Part shown: positions 37,040 through 48,402 of the stretch, piece by piece
Position numbering within the stretch: the first letter of the stretch is position 1
Layout: each line of letters opens with the position of its first letter
From: Mobula hypostoma
Taxonomy: Eukaryota
Length of the DNA: 64,000 nucleotides
Assembly (NCBI RefSeq): GCF_963921235.1
Contig: NC_086109.1
Coordinates: 33,730,001 to 33,794,000, forward strand
Direction of reading: 5' to 3'
The notes under the pieces: generated by a model
The model's input: only the letters and a program-made list of their open reading frames with translations
Told to the model about the DNA's origin: nothing
Databases searched by the model: none
Position numbers and translations under genes: made by a program

Positions 37040-39815
37040 TAAAAGACAATTCCTGCACTAGTTTTGCAGGGGGCTGGGAACCGGAGACCCAGATCAGCGA
37101 GGGAAGAATCGGACCAGAAGGTAGATGTCAGGGAAAGTACTGAAAGGCAAAATCAAAATTACAGGTATGATGTTTCAGATAGTTTGAAGTGTGTATATTT
37201 TAACTCTAGGAGTATTATGCGTAAGGGTGATGAACTTAGAGCATGGATCAGTACATAGAACTACGATGTAGCCATTACTGAAACTTGGTTGAGAGAGGGG
37301 CAGGAATGGGAGATTAATGTACTGGGTTTTTTGAAGTTGTAGAAAAGTCAGAGGAGAAGGTAAAGCGGGAGTGGGGTGGTGGAGTTGCACTATTAATCAG
37401 GGACAATATCACTGCTGCACTCAGGGGAGACATAATAGCAAGGTTAGACACTGAGTCCATTTGGGTGGAATGCAGGAACAGGAAGGGTACAATCATACTG
37501 ATGGGATTGTACCACAGACCCCCTAATGGTCATTGGGACATTGAGGAACAGATATGTAATCAGATTAAAGAAATGTGTAAAAATAATAGGGTTGTTAACA
37601 TGGGGGATTCCAACTTCCCTAATATAAACTGGGCCCTTCTTATTGTAAAGGATTTAGATGGGGCAAAGTTTGCTAAGTGTATCCTGGAAGATATCTTAAG
37701 TCAATATGTGGATGCCACAACGAGGGGAGGGTCCATACTGGACCTAGAATTGGGTATTGAGGTCCAGGTCAACTCCTTAACTTATCTATAGATATGGATA
37801 GGTATGGTCCTTGCAGGAAAGTTTTAAATTAGAGTAGGGCAAATTATGAAGGCATTAGGCAGGAATAACATAGCATTAATTGGGAACACCTTTTCTCTGG
37901 CAAGTCTACATCAGACATGTGGAGGGTGTTTAAAGAGCAATTGCAAAGAGGACAGGAAAGGTATGTTCATGTTAGAAGGAAGGACAGGGATGGAAATGTA
38001 AGAAAATCTTGGATGTCCAGAGAGATGGAGATAGGATCAAGAGAAGCACATGAGGAATATAAAGAAGCCAGAAGAGAACTAAAAAAGGTAATTAGAAAAG
38101 CCAGGAGGGACCATGAAAAGTCCTTGACAAGTAGCATTAAGGAGGATCCCAAGGTATTTTAAACATACATCAAGAGCAAGAGGATAAATAGGGAGAGGGT
38201 GGAATCACACAAGGATAAAGGGGGAAAACATTTGCTTGGATGTAGAAAATGTGAGTGAAGTTCTTAGTGAACACTTTGCTTCAGTATTTACCAAGGAAAA
38301 TGATATGGAGGGCCAAGAGATCAGTTCTGAGTGTATAAATACATTAAGGCATTTCAAGGTCAAGGAGGAGGAAGTGTTGAGCCTTCTAATGAGTACTAAA
38401 ATGGATAGGTCCCTAGGGCTTGATGCAATTTACCTCAGGTTATTGAAGGAGGCAAGATACAAGTTTCCTGGGCCCTTGACCAGTATCTTCATGTTCTGCC
38501 TGGCTAATGTTATACCTGCATTTAAGAAAAGAACGAGGGAAAATGCGGGGAACTATAGATTGGTGATTCTCATGCCATTTGTAGGGGAATTGCTGGAGAA
38601 AATTCTTAGCAGTAGGATATATGAGGGTTTGGAAGCCCATAGCCTAATTAGGGACAGCCAGCATTGCTTGGTACGTAGCAACTTGATTGGGTTTTTTGAC
38701 AAGGTGATGTGAGAGAGTGGATATTGTCTGCAATGACTTTAGAAAGACGTTTGACAAAGTCTCTCACGGGAGGATAATCCAGCAGATTAAGATATGTGGG
38801 GTCCGCAGCAAATTGCTGTTTGGATTCAAAACTGGCTTATGCATAGAAGGCACACGGAAGTGGTGGAAGGGATTTATTCGAGCTGGAGGACTGTTATTAG
38901 TGGAGATCAACAGGGATCTGTGCTGGAAGCTCTGCTGTTTGTGATGTATATAAATGACCTGCATGAAAATGTAGATGGGTTGGTTCGTAAATTAGGGATC
39001 ATACCAAGATTGTTGGAGTTGTGGATAGTGCAGAAGACTGGTGAAGAATACAACATGATATAGATCAGTTGCTGATATAGGCTGAGAAATGTCATATGGG
39101 GCTTAAACCTGATAAATGTGAGGTATTGCACCTTGGTGGGGAAAATGCAAAGATACAGTAAACTGTTAAGAGCAAGACCCTTACCAGGAATGCATTGAGT
39201 TCAAAAGTCTGGAAATTATGTTGCAACTTTATAAAACTCTAGTTAGGCCATGTCTGGAGTATTGTGTACAGTTCTGCTTGCCCACTATAGGAACGATGTT
39301 GAGGCTTTGGAGAGTGTGAAGAAGAGGTTTACCAGGATGCTGCCTGGTTTGGAGGGCATGTGCTATCATGAGAGGCTGGATAAATTGGGTTGATTTCTCT
39401 GGAGCGCTGGAGGCTGAGAGGAGATCGGATAGAGGCTTACAAGATTATGAGAGACATGGAGAGAGTGACGGAGAGTATCGGTTTCCCGGGATTTAAATGT
39501 CTAATACCTGAGGGCAGGCATTGAAAATAAGAGAGTGTAGGTTCAAGGGGGATATGAAAGGCAAATTTTTTATTCACAGAATGATGGATGCCTGGAATGT
39601 GCTGACTGGTATAGCGGTATGGGCAAATACTTTACAGGCTTTTAAGAGACGCCTGGATAGGCACATGGATGTAAGGAAAATGGAGGGATATGGACATGGT
39701 GTAGGTAGGAGGGGTTAGTGTTTTGGTGGTTTTTGATTTGCTTTTTAGCTTGTTCGGCGCAACACAGTTGGCTGAATGGCCTGTTCCTGTGCTGTACTCT
39801 TCTATGTTCTATGTT
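37040..39815 (+). mobile_element. Decayed, nearly complete CR1 ORF2 (APE endonuclease plus RT) with 3' tail
   Basis: EN motifs: CVYFNSRSI, AITETWL, GLYHRPPN, MGDSNFPNINW. RT motifs: GNYRLVIL, DFRKTFDKVSH, QGSVLEALLFVMYINDL. Tail TTCTATGTTCTATG at about 39800. Multiple stops and frameshifts. Confidence 0.93.
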
Positions 39816-40099
39816 TTATCTCAGACAAGGCACTTGAATTTTGCTGAGTAAACTGATTTTCTTCAATTAATTTCAGTGCTTGATCCCATCATTGATGGAT
39901 TAGTGGAATTAAAGATTGCTACTGCATTTGCTAACTATTGCCTCTCTTTAATTACAAAAAAGAGAATTTGATTAGTTGAGCAACAATAACAATTTATGAT
40001 GTCTTTATGAAACCTCAACCTGCACGTATGCTAGCAGAATTTGCAAATTTGCAGATGACACAGAGCTTAGTGATGTTGTTGATTGTAAGGAGGGTATCC

Positions 40100-40278
40100 C
40101 CAGGCTATTGATACCTGGTCCACTTATCGCCTACAAGCCTCTCACTTTATCCTCCCTCCCCCATCCACTTACCTTCCAACTCACCTGGCTTCACATATCA
40201 CCTGCCAACTTCTCCTCTCCTACCCCCACCTTTTTATTCTGGTTTCTTCCATCTTCCTTTCCAGTCCTGACGAAGGGT
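40100..40278 (+). mobile_element. Penelope 3' fragment ending within the hammerhead motif
   Basis: A pyrimidine-rich tract similar to 55000-55230, ending CCAGTCCTGACGAAGGGT. Confidence 0.65.
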
Positions 40279-40519
40279 AGGATCTATTCAATCAATGGTG
40301 GAATGTGTGGGAGTACTGAAGAACAGAGGGATCTCAGAAGGATGTTAGAAAGTGACAGTACAGGTAGATGAGGTAGCTTCTGCATAACCTTTGATTGTGC
40401 AGATCGGTTGAGTATATTCTGACAGTTCCAGTGAACTTGGAAAGGTTTGGAATGGTGACAATTAAACTTTAGTCATTATGTTATATTTTCAGACTAATTG
40501 CTTTAACGTTTTATCGGTA

Positions 40520-41762
40520 AGGTCCTGTACCTAATAAAGTGTCCACTGAGTGGTAAGTTCATTGTCTTCTGCTGTTGTTACCCATCCACTTCAAGGTTTG
40601 GCATGTAGTGCGTACAGAGATGCTCTTCTGCTTCTTCGGTTGTCCATCGAAATCTGATGACGATGTCCACTCCTTTAATGGTGAGATCTTTGATAACTAT
40701 ACCGTCCTGTCCTGGACCCACAAGCTCTATTGCAGGTGGAACATGTATATGTGGTAGTGGTGGCAACCATGGCTGCATTTCTCCTGGCTCTCTTCTGCTG
40801 TCTTCTGGTTGTTCTTTCCGTCTCCAGAATATGAACCCCATCCCTACACAGCCGTCGCCATGTGGTACGGTCAGCAGCAACATCCTCCAGGTCCTCGGGT
40901 CTGATCTTGCACTTCCTTAAAGCATTCTTCATCTGATTCTTATAGCACTTCTTTGGCCTTCCAGCTGAGCATCGACCATGATGTAGCTGGTCGTATAACA
41001 CTCTGCAGGGTAGCCGACATGGGAGCATCCTTATCACATGCCTCAGCCACTGCAGCTGACACTGGGTGATCATGGTCTCAATACTCTTGCAGTTGGTCTT
41101 TACAAGTATTTCAGTGTGAGGCACCCGCTCACGAAAGGTAATTCCCAGGATGCACTGGAGGCAGCTTATGTGGAAACGCTCCAAGGACTTGATGTGACGG
41201 CTGTAGGTTACCCAAGCTTCACAGCTATAAAGGAGGGTGGTGACACAGACCGTTTAGTATACGGCGACCTTTGTGGAGGGACGAAGGCTCCTGTTCTGAA
41301 AGACTCTACGCCGAAGTCTCCCAAAGGCAGCTGATGCCTGTTTAATGCAGCTCTGGATATCGTTGTCAATGCCGCTATCCTCAGAGAGAATGCTCCCCAG
41401 ATATTTGAAAGATGGCACTACTGACATACTGAAGTACGCTCTTCTGCACACCGCTGCTGTAACACGTGGTCATTTGAGTGACTGTTGCCTTCCTGCAGGT
41501 TGGCCATTCTCCTCTGACCTCTCTCATTAACGAAGTATTTTCACCCGCAGAAATGCTGCTCACTAGATGTTTCTTGTTTTCTCGCACCATACTCTATAAA
41601 CTATAGATACTGTTGTGCATGAAAGTCCCAGGAGATCAATAGTTTCTGAGATCCTCAAAACATCCTATCTGACACCAGCAATCATTCTACAGTCAAAGTC
41701 ACTTAGATCACATTTCTTCCCTATTCGGATATTTGAACTGAACTTCTTGACCATATCAGCTG
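40520..41762 (-). mobile_element. Non-autonomous Tc1 derivative (ends truncated) carrying an RTE insertion
   Basis: CCTAATAAAGTGTCCACTGAGTG at about 40530-40552. The interior is colinear with 1280-1770 once 40632-41437 is removed. Confidence 0.8.
40632..41437 (-). mobile_element. 5'-truncated RTE (BovB-like) LINE
   Basis: Encodes FKYLGSILSED...AFGRLRRRVF and ERFHISCLQCILGI...QLQWLRHVIRM...YTCSTCNRACGSRTG. It has a (GAA)n tail and a perfect 10-bp TSD GCTCTTCTGC (40622-40631, 41438-41447). Confidence 0.92.
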
Positions 41763-41779
41763 TGTTTCAGCATAAATTG

Positions 41780-42312
41780 CCATTATTAAAATATAGTAGG
41801 GAGGTTCTAGCATAACTTTCCAAGACACTCATTAGGCTACAGCTGGACTACTTTGTACAGCTCCACCATAGGAAGAAGATGATTGCACCGTAGGATGTGT
41901 ACAGGAGATTCAGCAGGACGTTGCCTTGGATGAACAATTTTAATTATGAGAAAAGACTGGATACGATGCATTTTTGCCTTGCAGAAGGGAAGAGTAGATG
42001 GGAGAGAATGTTTTCCATAGTGGGAGAGTCTAAGACCAGAGGGCACTCCCACAGAAAAGAGGGATGTCCCTTTAGAACAGTGACGAGGAGGAATTTCTTT
42101 AGCTAGAGAATAGTGAGTCTGTGGAATTCATTGCCAAAGATGGCTGTGGAGGCCAAGTCATTGGATATACTTAAAGGGGAGGTTGATGGGTGCTTGATTA
42201 GTAAGGGAGTCAAAGGTTACAGGAAGAAGGCAGTAGAATGGGATTGAGAGGGATAATAAATCAGCCGTTATGGAATGGCAGCTGAGCGGCCTATTTCCTC
42301 TCCTATATCTAT
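41780..42312 (+). mobile_element. CR1 3' fragment
   Basis: Encodes YRRFSRTLP...VGESKTRGHS...FRTVTRRNFFS. Confidence 0.8.
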
Positions 42313-42646
42313 AGTGTGAGGCTGAGGTTGTGGAGGAAGGGGGAGAATGTGACAAACGTGTAGAAATCTCTGAGAGGTGTGCATTGAATAGATAGTAGGA
42401 AACTTTTGTTCATTGCTAAGCTGTCCAAAACTGAAGCAAAATGGATTTAAGATGTTAAGAGGGGATGGGAGGAGGATTCTTCTTCCTCACAGGCCAGTTG
42501 AAGACTTGAAGCCCTGCCTGAGTGGGTGAAGGAAACAGGTACACATGTAACTTGAGAGGTATCCTGTTGAGTACTTGAATCACCGAGAATCAGAAGGCTA
42601 CATATCAAGGTGCATACGTGGTAAATGGGATCAGTATAGGTACGCA

Positions 42647-42780
42647 AACACGCGGAAATCTGCAGATGCTGGAAATTCAAGCAACACACACAAAATGCTG
42701 GTGGAACGCAGCAGGCCAGACAGTATCCATAGGAAGAAGCACAGTCGACGTTTCGGGCCACTGGCATTTTGTGTGTGTTG
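42647..42780. mobile_element. Short Penelope terminal insertion with perfect 16-bp TSD and partial inversion
   Basis: TCAGTATAGGTACGCA flanks it at 42631-42646 and 42781-42796. An internal inverted pair reads CAACACACACAAAATGC / GCATTTTGTGTGTGTTG. Confidence 0.88.
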
Positions 42781-43616
42781 TCAGTATAGGTACGCATTGG
42801 TCACCAGGACATGACAGTCAAAGGACCTGTCGCTGTGCTGTTTAACTATCTCTCCAAAACCTCTCTTTTTATTCTCAGAAGATTTCTTATAACCTAAAAG
42901 TTTAATGAGTAAAGTTCAAAATGAGTATACAAAGATACTTCTATTTGAAAAATTTCCTGTAACTATAGGAAAAAAAAGGTTTAGCAATCATGGCAAGTTT
43001 TTCATTATTGTTATTGGCAGGGAGAAACTCATAAATGTTGACTAAACATATGGACATAGTTGAATAAGTTTAGGTTATTATCCCATTTTGGGCTTTTCTA
43101 ATCCTAATCTCCGATGACCATTTACTGTATGTGCCCATAAAGTTGTCTTCTGTCTATCAAATTCAGTTCGCCATATTCACACTCCTACCAGTGAGCTCTG
43201 TTGAAAAGGAGCGCAACTTGGAGTGAAGGCTGTAATCCAGTATCCTTCCATGTATAGTAACCCTTGCATGTGCAGACTGGTTGAATGTACCCTGACATTT
43301 CCAGTGAATTCGAAAAGGTTTGTGGTGAAAATTAAACAGGAGTCATATTGTTACATTTTCAGATTAATTGCTGTAGAATTTTATGGATACACTTAGTGAT
43401 CAATTTATTAGGAACCTTTTGTACCTAATGCAGTGGCCACCGAGTGTATGTTTGTGGTCCTCTGCTGCTGTAGCCATGCACTTCAAGGTTTAGTTGGTTG
43501 CATGTTCAGAGTTGCTCTTCTGAACACCACTGTTTTAACATGTAATTATTTGAATTACTGTTGCCTTCCTGTCAGCATGAATCAGTCTGGCTATTCTTCT
43601 CTAACTTTTCTCATTA

Positions 43617-44276
43617 GATTATGAGAACACTCGGTCCTCTTTTATTGTCATTTAGAAATGCATACATGCATTAAGAAATGATACAATGTTTCTCCGGAGT
43701 GATATCACAGAAAACAGGACAAACCAAAGACCAACACTGACAGAATCACATAATTATAACATATAGTTACAGCAGTGCAAAGCAATACCATAATTTGATA
43801 AAGAACAGACCATTGGCACGGTAAAAAAAAGTCTCAAAGTCCCCGAGTCCCTGATAGCAGGAGGCAAAAGGGAGAAACTCCCTGCCATAAAACTTCAGGC
43901 ACCGTCAAGTTGCCAATGCCTTGGAAGCAGCCGACCACAGCCGACACTGAGTCCGTCCGTCCGAAAACTTCGAGCCTCCGACCAGCCCCTCCGATACAGC
44001 CTCCCGAGCGCCATCCTCTGCCGAGCACCTTCAACCTAGCCCCGGCCACTGAAACAAGCAAAGCCAAGGATTCGGGGCCTTCTGATCTGGAGATTCCGGT
44101 TACCACATAGTAGCAGTGGCAGCGAAGCGGGCATTTCAGAAGTTTTCCAGATGTTCCTCCGTACTCTCACGTCCATCTCCATCAAATCAGAACTGTGCAC
44201 GGTCCCCTACTTGACAGATTACAGATAACATTCACCGGAGAGGCCGCGCGCGCTGCCGTCGTGCCGCCATCTTCTC
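43617..44276 (-). mobile_element. Young CpG-rich non-coding retroelement (AAGATGGCG head), probably a non-autonomous Rex1-type derivative
   Basis: Has a 7-bp TSD CTCATTA (43610-43616, 44277-44283), a 5' end GAGAAGATGGCGGC and a 3' end AATAAAAGAGG...CATAATC. A second copy lies at 56840-57477 (+). Confidence 0.75.
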
Positions 44277-44531
44277 CTCATTAACAAGGCACAGAACCAC
44301 TGTTTACTGGCTGTATCTTGTGTTTTGCACTGTTCTCTGTAAACTCTAGAGACTGTTGTGTATGAAAATCCAAAGAGATCAGCAGTTTCTGAAGTAGTCA
44401 AACCACCTCTGCTGTCACCAACAATCATTCCATGGTCAATGTCACTTACGTCACATTTCTTCTCCATTCTGTGAAGTTCTTGAACATGTCGGCATGTTTA
44501 ATGCATTGAGTTGCTGCCACATGATTGACTG

Positions 44532-44860
44532 CTGTATATAGGCATCTGTTAGTCTCATGAGACCATGGATTTGCGCCTTGGAAGGTCTCCAGGACGCAGG
44601 CCTGGGCAAGGTTGCATGGAAGACCAACAATTGCCCATGCTGCAAGTCTCCCCTCTCCACGCCACCGATGTTGTCCAAGGGAAGGGCATTAGGACCCATA
44701 CAGCTTGGCATCGGTGTCGTCGCAGAGCAATGTGTGGTTAAGTGCCTTGCTCAAGAACACACACGCTACCTCAGCCAAGGCTTGAACTAGCGACCTTCAA
44801 ATTGAACGCTAGACGCACTAGATGAAAGCCTTAACTACTTGGCCACGTGCCAACACAATT
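44532..44860 (-). mobile_element. tRNA-headed SINE with RTE-related body and tail
   Basis: Perfect 10-bp TSD TGATTGACTG (44522-44531, 44861-44870). Highly similar to 17387-17699. Confidence 0.88.
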
Positions 44861-45760
44861 TGATTGACTGAATAGATATTTGCATTATTGAGCAGGTGTA
44901 CAGGTGTAACTAATAAAGTGGCCACTGAGTGTAATTTCAACGGTTGGTGCAAATAGAATCACTCATAAATGCACTGAGTCTGCAAGTTCTTTTGTTCTAC
45001 TCTATAGGTTGATTCCAGTTCCTCTAGCTTTTGGAGGTATAGGCTCAGCTAAGTTCTAGCACAAATAAACATCCATGTAACCCTGCCGAGGAAGTTGACA
45101 TTTGTGATCATCAGTTTGATGTATGATCTATCTCCAAAACCTACTGTGTGGGTGGAAGAATAAATTCTTATGAAGATGTTTGAGAACTATCAGAGCCTGT
45201 GGAATGAGGGTAATTTGGGGTAATATTTTGTGCCTTTATAAACAGCACCTGGAAAGATATTTTCAGAAAGTTTTATAATCTGATAAAGAATGCAAAAGCA
45301 AGTGGAATTATTTCTATTATATGCCAATTAAATTACAACATGGAAATCAGATAAATACAATGAATTGGCACAATGATAGGAACTATCATTAACAAGGAAC
45401 CCTCATCATAAGGGAATTTGCATTAACAAGGCAATTTCACACACAGAACTTTGCTCACTGGATATTTTTATGTTTTCTCACACCATTCTCTGTAAACTCT
45501 AGAGACTATTGTGCGTGAAAATCCCAGATCAGCAGTTTCTGAGACATTCAGACAACTCTGTCACCCACAGTTAGTACAGCAGGACACACAGTAGCTGATG
45601 ATGTATGAAAAAAATCAGAATGAATGGGAAGTTGGAACCAGAGGAAGAGTTCTTAGGAGTGTAGGACTGAGAAGCTTACAGAGGTAGATGCAAAGTCCCA
45701 CCAGGCTTTGCCATTAAGAGATTTTAAAATTCTATTATTAGAAGCTATAAATATAAAGTG

Positions 45761-46010
45761 CTGTAGATTCTGGTGAATTGGGCCGTTGGTCAATCGGGTC
45801 AGCCACTTATTTGGGACAAATCTTAAAGATCAGAAAGGAATGAAGAAAACAGCCAGGATTCCCTTCATAGATTTAGGACATTGTGCCACTTTATTGGGAC
45901 AGGTGACTGCTGCCGGACAATTTCTAACTAGCATTAGTCACATGCACGTGAATGGTCGTTGGGCACTACAATGTGCTTAGAGCGAATAGTTTTTAGAAGT
46001 GTCAGTGTTT
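45761..46010. mobile_element. One end of a pogo/Tigger-like DNA transposon
   Basis: Begins CTGTAGATTCTGGTGAATTGGGCC, with repeated TTGGGACA/TTAGGACA subterminal motifs. The partner end was not found. Confidence 0.4.
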
Positions 46011-46049
46011 CTGTTGAATTAAACAAGTAGTGCAGAAAGAGAACAAAGA

Positions 46050-47110
46050 GTGGTGAAGTCGTGTTTATGCACTGGTTGGTTGTCATTGTTCGTTCAGAAA
46101 TGTGAAAGCAGAGGGGAAGAAGCCATTCATAAAAAAGGTTGCGTGTGTGTCTCCAGGCTCCTGTACCTTTGAGACAATGTCTTTGCTACTGGAGAGGTCA
46201 GAGCCCATGATAGAGCTGGCTAAGTATGCAACCATCTGCAGCTTTTTCTGATTGTGCAGCGGTCCCTCCATACCAGATGGCGACACAACCAATTAGAATG
46301 CCCTCTATGTTTGGTGTTGTTTCTGGCCATGACCAACCTGTCAAACCACTTCATCACCGTAATGTGAGTGCAACTGGGTGATGGTCATTGAGGTGGCTCA
46401 CCTTACCCTTCTTGGGCACTGGTATGAATCAGGTGGAAGTCTTCAACAACAGCAGTGAGAGACTGAAGATGTTCCGTGATCACTTCCACCAGTTGGTTGG
46501 CACAGGTCTTCAGTGCTGACACTTTAAGAGGATCCATCCTCTTGAAAGATGTTCTGACATTGGCCTCTGAGATAGATCACAGGGTTGCCAGATGCTGCAG
46601 GGATTTGCACAGGTGTAGTTTTATTCTCCCTTTCAAGATATGCATAAAAGATGTTGAGCTCATTTGGGAGTGAAGCATCACAGCCATTCATGACCCTTAG
46701 GTTTCGCCTTGAAGGAAACAATGGCCTGCAAATCCAGCCAGAGCCTATGTGCATCTAGTGTGGTCTTTAACTTCAACTGGATTTGTTTTTCTGTCCATAA
46801 AATAGTCTCCAGTAGGTCATACTTGGACTTCTTGTATGGTTCTGGATCACCAGTTGTGAGCGCCACAGATCTAGCCGTCTCAGATTGTGAATCTCCTGGT
46901 TCAACCACGGCTTTTGGTTTGCTTATGTCTGGCATGTTCTCAAAGGCAGACATTCATTCACACAGGTCTTGATGGAATCAGTGGCAAAGAAGGTATGTTC
47001 ATTCATATTCAAAGATGAATGCCTGAACACTGTCTAGTCCACCAATTTCAAGCAGTTCTGTAAGTGCTCTTCCGCCTCCCTTGAAAATACTTCTTGGTCC
47101 ACACACTGGT
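46050..47110 (-). mobile_element. Degraded Rex1/Babar ORF2 fragments
   Basis: Encodes TGDPEPYKKSKYDL...DAHRLWLDLQAIVSFK, DASLPNELNIFYAYLE and KKLQMVAYLASSIMGSDL. Confidence 0.75.
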
Positions 47111-48402
47111 GCTGCTATTCAAACAGCAACCGAAGATGATCTCTTGATCTTCCAGTCTATATCATTGTGGCCCATTGCAATTAATTTGTCAGACTTCATT
47201 GCACTTTATCTGTAACTGCAACGCTAATCTCTGCATTCTGTTTTCTGTTTACTACCTTAGTGTAATCATGTACGGTATGATCTGACTGCAAAACAAAAAC
47301 ATTCCACTGGATTTTGGCACATGTATCAATGATAAACTAATAACAAATACCAACTAATTGATTGGTTGTAGATAGATAACTTAATTGTTCAACTGCCCTA
47401 TTTATGAAAAATAAACCAGATTCTGATGATAGCCTAATGTGACAAAAACACTAAATTAATAGTAATTATAAGGGCATAATTAAGAACTATAGTACATGTA
47501 GTGTTTGGATTAAAGAAACAGCTAATAAGATTCTAAATTTTTGTAAAGCTTATTTTCATGTGACATGTCAAAGGCTGTCTGGTTAACTGGGCAAATATGC
47601 GGTGCTTAAAACAAAATTACATAAGGAGAAGGTACTCAAAAATATTTAATGTGATTTAGAACAAGCATAGGCCATCTAAGTAACAAGAACTCTGTTTACT
47701 GTAAATAAAAGCTATGGATAATTATAGGTAGTCAGTATGTTGAAGCTAAATAAAAATATAAAAGATAAAGTCTGCAGTAATGCTGGCAAGTAGCAGTGAT
47801 ACAAAGAACAATAAAAGACGACAAAGGAATTGAAAAGAACTGTATGAGCCATAAAATGAGGAAAGAGAATGGCTGGGAGTTATGCAGAAAACCTAATACA
47901 GTAACTGACAATGGAAATATTGTAAATGAAAGTATGGAGTAGAGGATGTGATAAAAGATAATTTTACATCAGTATTTGCATTAAAGAAAAGGTTTTCATC
48001 TCTAACATCATGGGAAACTGGTATAGAAATAAAAAGTTCAAAGTACATTTATTATCAAAGTAGGTATACTTTATACAAGCTTGAGATTCATTTCCTTACA
48101 GGCTTCCACAAAACTAAGAAACCCAAAAGAACCCATTTCTAAAGAAGACCATCAAACACCCAACGTGCAAAGAGAAAAAAAAGTTGTTCAAACAATGAAA
48201 GTAAGCAAATAGCATTCAAAACGAAAGCAAGGCTACTGACACGAAGCCCAGAGCTGCCGGTTCACACCACACCCTCAGCCTGAGTTCAGCACAGAGTAAA
48301 GTATACATCATGCAACCCACAAACACAAAGCCCACAGCGGCTGGAGCAGGCCACAACTGTTGGAATACTCAGAAACAGATCAGGATTATCATCAATGACT
48401 TA

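Larger units (their letters stand above)
43390..44931 (-). mobile_element. Non-autonomous Tc1 derivative with two nested retroelement insertions
   Basis: TA-flanked TIRs (CACTTAGTGATCAATTTATTAGG / CTAATAAAGTGGCCACTGAGTG). ORF 44219..44467 begins MEKKCDVSDIDHGMIVG...SETADLFGFSYTTVSRVYRE, a Tc1 transposase paired-like N-terminus. Confidence 0.88.
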
